Source: Candidatus Nanohaloarchaea archaeon | GTDB taxonomy: Archaea; Nanohalarchaeota; Nanosalinia; Nanosalinales; Nanosalinaceae | Assembly: GCA_042218325.1 (NCBI GenBank) | Contig: JBDGRE010000030.1 | Location: 1 to 39,569, forward strand | DNA length: 39,569 nt | Direction of reading: 5' to 3' | Shown here: positions 34,794-39,569 of the stretch, piece by piece | How positions within the stretch are numbered: position 1 is the stretch's first letter | Layout of the letters: each line of letters begins with the position of its first letter | Made by a program: the position numbers and the translations under genes | Notes under the pieces: generated by a model | Databases searched by the model: none | What the model was told of the DNA's origin: nothing | Seen by the model: only the letters and a program-made list of their open reading frames with translations

Positions 34794-37700
34794 CTACGAA
34801 CCGCTATACCAGTCGTGTGCTTCGAGGAGTTCTGTTCTTTGTTTCCATCCGTCTGCTTCTGTGGAGTGTTTGAGTTCGAGTCCAAGTTCGTCTGATACTC
34901 TTTCCATGTAGCCTTCGAAGTAGTCGCTGGTGTCTATGTCGATGTCCTTATATCGGCTAGTGTTGTGGTAGATGAGTTCTTCGTCTTCTGTGATGAATGC
35001 TTTGACTCTTGCTCTTTCTCTTCCCTGCTCGTCTTCTGCATAGAATATCATCTTGTTAGCGTCTACTGCGTTTGAGATGGATGCCCATGCGTAGCTTCCT
35101 CCGTCTATGTCGTGGCATGAGCCGAATCCTTGTCCCATTCTTGTGGTGTCCATCGGGTCAGCTACTCGCAGTGTTAATTCGTCTGGTATTCCGCCTGCTC
35201 TGTTTTCGACGGAGTGGTAGTTGTTGATGGCATCTTTGAGTTCTTGGTAGTCTTGTTCGTCTTCTGGTTCTTCGAGTTCTTCTATTGCTTGTTCTGCTTC
35301 TTCTATGTCTTCGACTTCGTCTTCTACTCCTACTCTGTCGAGTAGCTCGGTTACTTCGTCCCAGTATTGCTGCTTCTCCCTTTCTGTATCCATTTGGACA
35401 TCTGATGGGTCTACTTCGACTTGTAGTTCGCTGTTGTATTCTGGGTCTTCAGGTCTTCTGTATCCTCCCTCTACCTGGTTAGATAGGTCTGGGTCGATTA
35501 ATTCTTCCTCGCTGAAGTCGTGCTGTTCCAACCACTTCTGGTTTGTTTCAAGCTCATATACATCATTCTGATGCTCAAGAAGTGTATCTACAAGCTCCTG
35601 CTTGTTCGCATCACGTTTCCATCTATCTCTGTTTCTAACTTTGAGTGCCGCAAGTTCGTTCCTGTCTATCTCATCTATATCTTCTGGTCTTTCGCCAGTT
35701 GCTTCTTCGTATTCATCTAATGCTGCCTCGAACCCTAACTCTTTGATGTTCTGTTTTGTGTATTCTCGGAGCTTGTTTTGAACATCTTTCTCAAGTTCTC
35801 TTCTGCGGTCTTCAAGCAGGCTGTCAATTTCTTCCGCTTCTGGTTCGAAGTCCGTATTCTGTCTTTGCCCCTCTTTACCTTTCAGCATACCGAAGACGCT
35901 TGATGCGTCATATTCTATTCCAAGTCTTTCTGCCAGACCGTCAACCATTCTCAATTTCTCTGCAAGTTCTTGGTCTGACATTTCTCCGTATTCTGTGTCT
36001 TCGCCGTTCTCAAGCTCTTCTTCCTCTGTAAGTTCCTCTATTATTTGCTTGTAAGGTGAATCTGATTCGAAGAAGGAATCTCCTACATCTGGAAGACTTC
36101 CTTCTGTTTCAAGCAGTTCTTCTATTCTGTCTGCTTCATCATCTACGAAGAAATCATATTTTCTGTTAACAGCGATGTCGAAAAGAGTGCTTCCGAACTT
36201 ATCATCGCCATCGCTGTATTCGACTTCTTGACCGTGTTCGTTTACCCTGTGTTCTTCTATAGCCTCGTCCGTGTCTGTCTTCAACACTTCGTAAAGCTCA
36301 TCTTGGAGTTCAGGGTCTATGCTACTGATTACGTCACCGAAGTCTTCGACATCCTCTCTCTTTGAATCTGCTTCGTCTGCGATGTCATTCGTGAGTTTCC
36401 CTAAAATCTGTCCCTTAAATCGTGGATGAAGGGTGTCGTAGTTTGTTACGTATTCCGTGTTTTCGTCAACTTTCTCTGGCTCGGCATCACCTATCCCTGT
36501 CCAGATTTCATCTTCAATTGTGTCAACTGCTTCTATCAGAAGCTCATTCTCTTCCTGGTCAGAAACTGTTTCAACTCCTGTAAGCGTGGATAGGTGGTCA
36601 TGGTATCTTTCATCGGTCTTCGTTTCAACCAAATTCTTCAGTTCCTCCGAAATAAGATTGGTAAGCTCACCTTCAACCGTAGAAGCAAGCCTTCCAACAT
36701 TCTCTCCTGTATTGCCCGTTTCTACAGCTTTTACGAATCTTTCTTGACCCATCAAATCAAAGCTACTAAACGTGTAATCAATAGTTGAGAATTCGTCTTG
36801 CTTATCCTCGCCTGCCTCAACCATGGGATTGAGGAGTTCCGCAAAGTCTTCCTTATCAAGCTCCTCATACAGGTTTCTTACGTTATTTAGACTATCTCCT
36901 ATCTCATCCAGTACTTCAGCAGGGTTTGAATCCAGTTTCTCATCAAGGATATTTCTCATCTCTTTTTCTTTCTGCCAGAAATCGTCGAATGAGCTTATTT
37001 CATCTATCTCCGGCTTGAGGAGAGGTATTCCGAAGTATTCGGGATTTAGGTCGCCAGCATAGAGCTTGTCGTAAACTGCCGTTCCCCCAGAATTCTCCCT
37101 TCGTTTCGTTTCTATATCATTTAGCTTCTCGGCAAATTCTCTCCAGTCTTCTTCATCTCCCGTAAATTCTGTGAATCCATGTTTCTCCTTTGTTTCTGAT
37201 ACGAAAGGACTGAACTTGTATTCATGGTCTATAGCAGGTATAGCTTCATATTCTCCAAGTTTTTCCAGAGCTTGAAGGGTCAGTCTTCTCTTTTCGTCTT
37301 CGAGTTCTTCTTCAAGTGCCTGCTCTATATCTTCGACTCCGTCTATTTCGTATTCTTCGTCCTCTAATTTCCTTTTCTTCTGCTCTGAAACCCATTCTTC
37401 TGTATCCAGTTCAAGTTCTTCTCCGAGGAATTCTGCAAGGTAGACAAGATTAGCGACATCTTCTTCGTTTTCTTCATAGGCTCTTTCAAGCATACCTCCG
37501 AGGCTGATGTATCCGTTGTTCCAGGCATCCCATTCCTCCCAGTCCTCCTTTAATTCCGAAACATCTGGGAGTCCTGCTTGAGAAGTCATCAGTTCATCAA
37601 GTTCATCTCTTAAAATGTAGTCAAGGTCATACCGGATTTGGTTTGCTACATCGAAAATATCGTTGTTCTGGAGCCTTTCGAATAGTTCTTTTTTAGCATT

Positions 37701-38756
37701 TGAGTTAATTCCATCTGAATATCCGCCGTCAAGTATTTCGCCAAACTCGCCAAGTTTTTCTGCCTCTGATTCTTGGGCGTGTAGTGTAAGGTTTAGAAGT
37801 GAGGCATATCTCTCATTTTCAAAGTCGGTGAAAGCTTCAAGGTTGCCTATTCTTTCTGCAATTGTGTCCAACGAGTTTTGTGGGTCAACATCAAGATTCT
37901 CGTCAAGAATTTCCTGCATCATTTGTTCTCTGGTGAAAAATCTGTCTACGAATCGCTCTGCATCATCATCGGAAACATCTGTTCCTGTTAACTCCCTGAA
38001 TCTTTCTCGTTCCGAGTCATCCTTTGGAATTAAGCCATCTGGATTCAGTATAGGAATTCCGTAAATTTCGTCCTCTTTCTGTTTCAGAGTCTGTTTAAAC
38101 TCTTGCCATTCTTCCCAATTTCTTTCGTATCCATCATCTTTTCTGGCAGGGAATTTTTCATCTGCTTGAGATGTCCGCCACCCTGGATTTTCTGCCGAAA
38201 TAGTAAAGAAATTTCCATTTGTTTCCCCAGTATCTATTTTGTCTGCAACTATGAGTCCTCCAAGAGAATTACTGTCAAGGGCGGCATCTCCTTCAACTTT
38301 TTCTCCTATCACGGTGGGAAGGTGAGAAATATCGAAAAATTCTTGATTCCTTCTATTTCCTGTACCTACTACTTCTATATCTCCGTGGACGGTAAGATTA
38401 TGAGAATTTCTTGCAAATACATCTCCTGCTTTTGAATTTCCTTCTATTACACCTATTTCTGAATTATCTACAACTGTTCTGCCAGCTAAATCTCCGTTTA
38501 CTGTTTCTATAGAGGAATTATCAATTGCTATGCTTCTTTCATAGGCTTTAGTTGGGACGAGAATTGAACCTGCTGACTTTGCATCCACATCTTCCACTCC
38601 GTGAGCGTATTGATTGCTCACTATCGTAACATCTCCAAGATGTATATCGCCATCTATACCTTCAATTTCTTGAGGTGTAATTCCCTTTAGAACCGTGGCA
38701 CTTTCTTCATCGCCATCTAAATGGACATCCTCGACTGATTTTTGGGAGGCACTCAT
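34794..38756 (-). CDS. 1320-aa acidic multidomain protein (beta-solenoid-like N-terminus, duplicated helical core, C-terminal MG..SC domain)
   Basis: Long uninterrupted ORF with upstream TTTTATAA; internal repeats visible; no signal peptide. Confidence 0.88.
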   Translation of the reverse strand: MSASQKSVEDVHLDGDEESATVLKGITPQEIEGIDGDIHLGDVTIVSNQYAHGVEDVDAKSAGSILVPTKAYERSIAIDNSSIETVNGDLAGRTVVDNSEIGVIEGNSKAGDVFARNSHNLTVHGDIEVVGTGNRRNQEFFDISHLPTVIGEKVEGDAALDSNSLGGLIVADKIDTGETNGNFFTISAENPGWRTSQADEKFPARKDDGYERNWEEWQEFKQTLKQKEDEIYGIPILNPDGLIPKDDSERERFRELTGTDVSDDDAERFVDRFFTREQMMQEILDENLDVDPQNSLDTIAERIGNLEAFTDFENERYASLLNLTLHAQESEAEKLGEFGEILDGGYSDGINSNAKKELFERLQNNDIFDVANQIRYDLDYILRDELDELMTSQAGLPDVSELKEDWEEWDAWNNGYISLGGMLERAYEENEEDVANLVYLAEFLGEELELDTEEWVSEQKKRKLEDEEYEIDGVEDIEQALEEELEDEKRRLTLQALEKLGEYEAIPAIDHEYKFSPFVSETKEKHGFTEFTGDEEDWREFAEKLNDIETKRRENSGGTAVYDKLYAGDLNPEYFGIPLLKPEIDEISSFDDFWQKEKEMRNILDEKLDSNPAEVLDEIGDSLNNVRNLYEELDKEDFAELLNPMVEAGEDKQDEFSTIDYTFSSFDLMGQERFVKAVETGNTGENVGRLASTVEGELTNLISEELKNLVETKTDERYHDHLSTLTGVETVSDQEENELLIEAVDTIEDEIWTGIGDAEPEKVDENTEYVTNYDTLHPRFKGQILGKLTNDIADEADSKREDVEDFGDVISSIDPELQDELYEVLKTDTDEAIEEHRVNEHGQEVEYSDGDDKFGSTLFDIAVNRKYDFFVDDEADRIEELLETEGSLPDVGDSFFESDSPYKQIIEELTEEEELENGEDTEYGEMSDQELAEKLRMVDGLAERLGIEYDASSVFGMLKGKEGQRQNTDFEPEAEEIDSLLEDRRRELEKDVQNKLREYTKQNIKELGFEAALDEYEEATGERPEDIDEIDRNELAALKVRNRDRWKRDANKQELVDTLLEHQNDVYELETNQKWLEQHDFSEEELIDPDLSNQVEGGYRRPEDPEYNSELQVEVDPSDVQMDTEREKQQYWDEVTELLDRVGVEDEVEDIEEAEQAIEELEEPEDEQDYQELKDAINNYHSVENRAGGIPDELTLRVADPMDTTRMGQGFGSCHDIDGGSYAWASISNAVDANKMIFYAEDEQGRERARVKAFITEDEELIYHNTSRYKDIDIDTSDYFEGYMERVSDELGLELKHSTEADGWKQRTELLEAHDWYSGS

Positions 38757-38898
38757 ATGTTGTTACTTTATGATTGTAACATTATAAAAGTTGTGTTTCG
38801 GTGCTTCTGTTTCCGGAAGTAGTTCGTGAAGAAGGAGAGTATATAAGATTTTTAGGAAGTCAAAGAGAGAATAATAGGATAAAATGGAGGTATTTCCG

Positions 38899-39417
38899 TT
38901 AGGACATGTTTTCTAAAGCCTGTTCAGCCTTGTTAATCGCTTCATCTGCCTGTTCTACGTTGCTCTGGTATCCTCCCATTATCTGCTGAATCTGCTGTTC
39001 GACCTGTTCTTCTTCATTTTCGACTTCTACTGTTAGCTCGTGTTCTCTTTCTTCATCCTGTAGGAGTTCTTGGAATCTCTGCTTCAGGTCTTCGACATCA
39101 GAAGCGATATTTCTGCCGTGGTCGCTATACCAGTCAAGGAATACAGAAAGTCTTGCTGCTTGATTATCCTGCGGAACGCTCTGAAGCTCCTGCATTAGTG
39201 GTTGAAGATGTTGCTCAATATCTTCATAGTCGCCCATTATAGCCTTTATTTCTTCAAGTAGTTCTTCGTTTACCTTAATCTCGTTCTTTTCTTGCTCTAT
39301 AACTTCCTGAACTTCCTGTGCAACTTGCTGAAGTTCTTCTTCCTCTTCTTCACTTTCCTGGTATAGATTTTGAGCCTTTGAAACTGCGTTGTTGAGTGTA
39401 TCGCCGAAACCAGCCAT
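38899..39417 (-). CDS. all-helical Glu/Gln-rich coiled-coil protein
   Basis: 172-aa ORF with heptad character; TTATAAAA about 25 nt upstream on the minus strand. Confidence 0.8.
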   Translation of the reverse strand: MAGFGDTLNNAVSKAQNLYQESEEEEEELQQVAQEVQEVIEQEKNEIKVNEELLEEIKAIMGDYEDIEQHLQPLMQELQSVPQDNQAARLSVFLDWYSDHGRNIASDVEDLKQRFQELLQDEEREHELTVEVENEEEQVEQQIQQIMGGYQSNVEQADEAINKAEQALENMS

Positions 39418-39569
39418 AATCGGTTAAGTTTAACGGTTTTATAAGTTTTTCAAAATCTGCCCTTTTAGGGTGTTATAAGCATACTTTGAAGGTTCTATGG
39501 AGATTGAGTGCCCAAGCTGAAGCACCGAACTGTTTACGGGAAACCGTGGTTCTATTAGGTCTGGAGCTT

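Larger units (their letters stand above)
29120..39569. mobile_element. A+T-richer island / integrated plasmid- or virus-like element (boundaries approximate, right end not seen)
   Basis: Abrupt composition shift near 29.12 kb; RHH, Zn finger, AbrB, SF2-like replication protein, tyrosine recombinase. Confidence 0.75.

Noticed and set aside
38899-39417. WXG100/type VII substrate call
   Set aside because: No WxG motif, length 172 aa, and no FtsK/EccC ATPase in view; only generic helical similarity.

Overview
Archaeal DNA with a strongly acidic proteome, most consistent with a nanohaloarchaeon (DPANN; inferred from the sequence only). In order: the 3' end of a 23S rRNA with no adjacent 5S, then a DNA-damage/stress region (PD-(D/E)xK-like nuclease, CPD photolyase, PolB2/arCOG07300/RadA-like cassette, SDR epimerase, DJ-1/PfpI, OsmC). 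Next are a cluster of secreted low-complexity proteins beside a membrane-anchored wHTH regulator, RNase P RNA, Sec61beta, intron-containing tRNA-Arg(TCT), agmatinase-family enzyme and ArgRS. A type IV pilus operon, intron-containing tRNA-Phe(GAA), deoxyhypusine synthase, aldo-keto reductase and an orphan DNA methyltransferase follow. From about 29.1 kb the sequence becomes A+T-richer: an integrated element with RHH, Zn-finger, AbrB, a mutated SF2-like replication helicase and a tyrosine integrase, then a 1320-aa acidic protein and a helical partner. The strongest unexplained signals are four. (1) Two promoters 10.7 kb apart carry seven helically phased hexamers at identical offsets, a candidate regulon of the membrane wHTH. 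(2) A shared CCGG-N5-CCGG motif lies upstream of both the photolyase and PolB2 loci. (3) The giant protein has an internal duplication and a C-terminal Cys-containing enzyme-like domain. (4) The replication helicase carries two point lesions and a possible antisense-RNA control unit.
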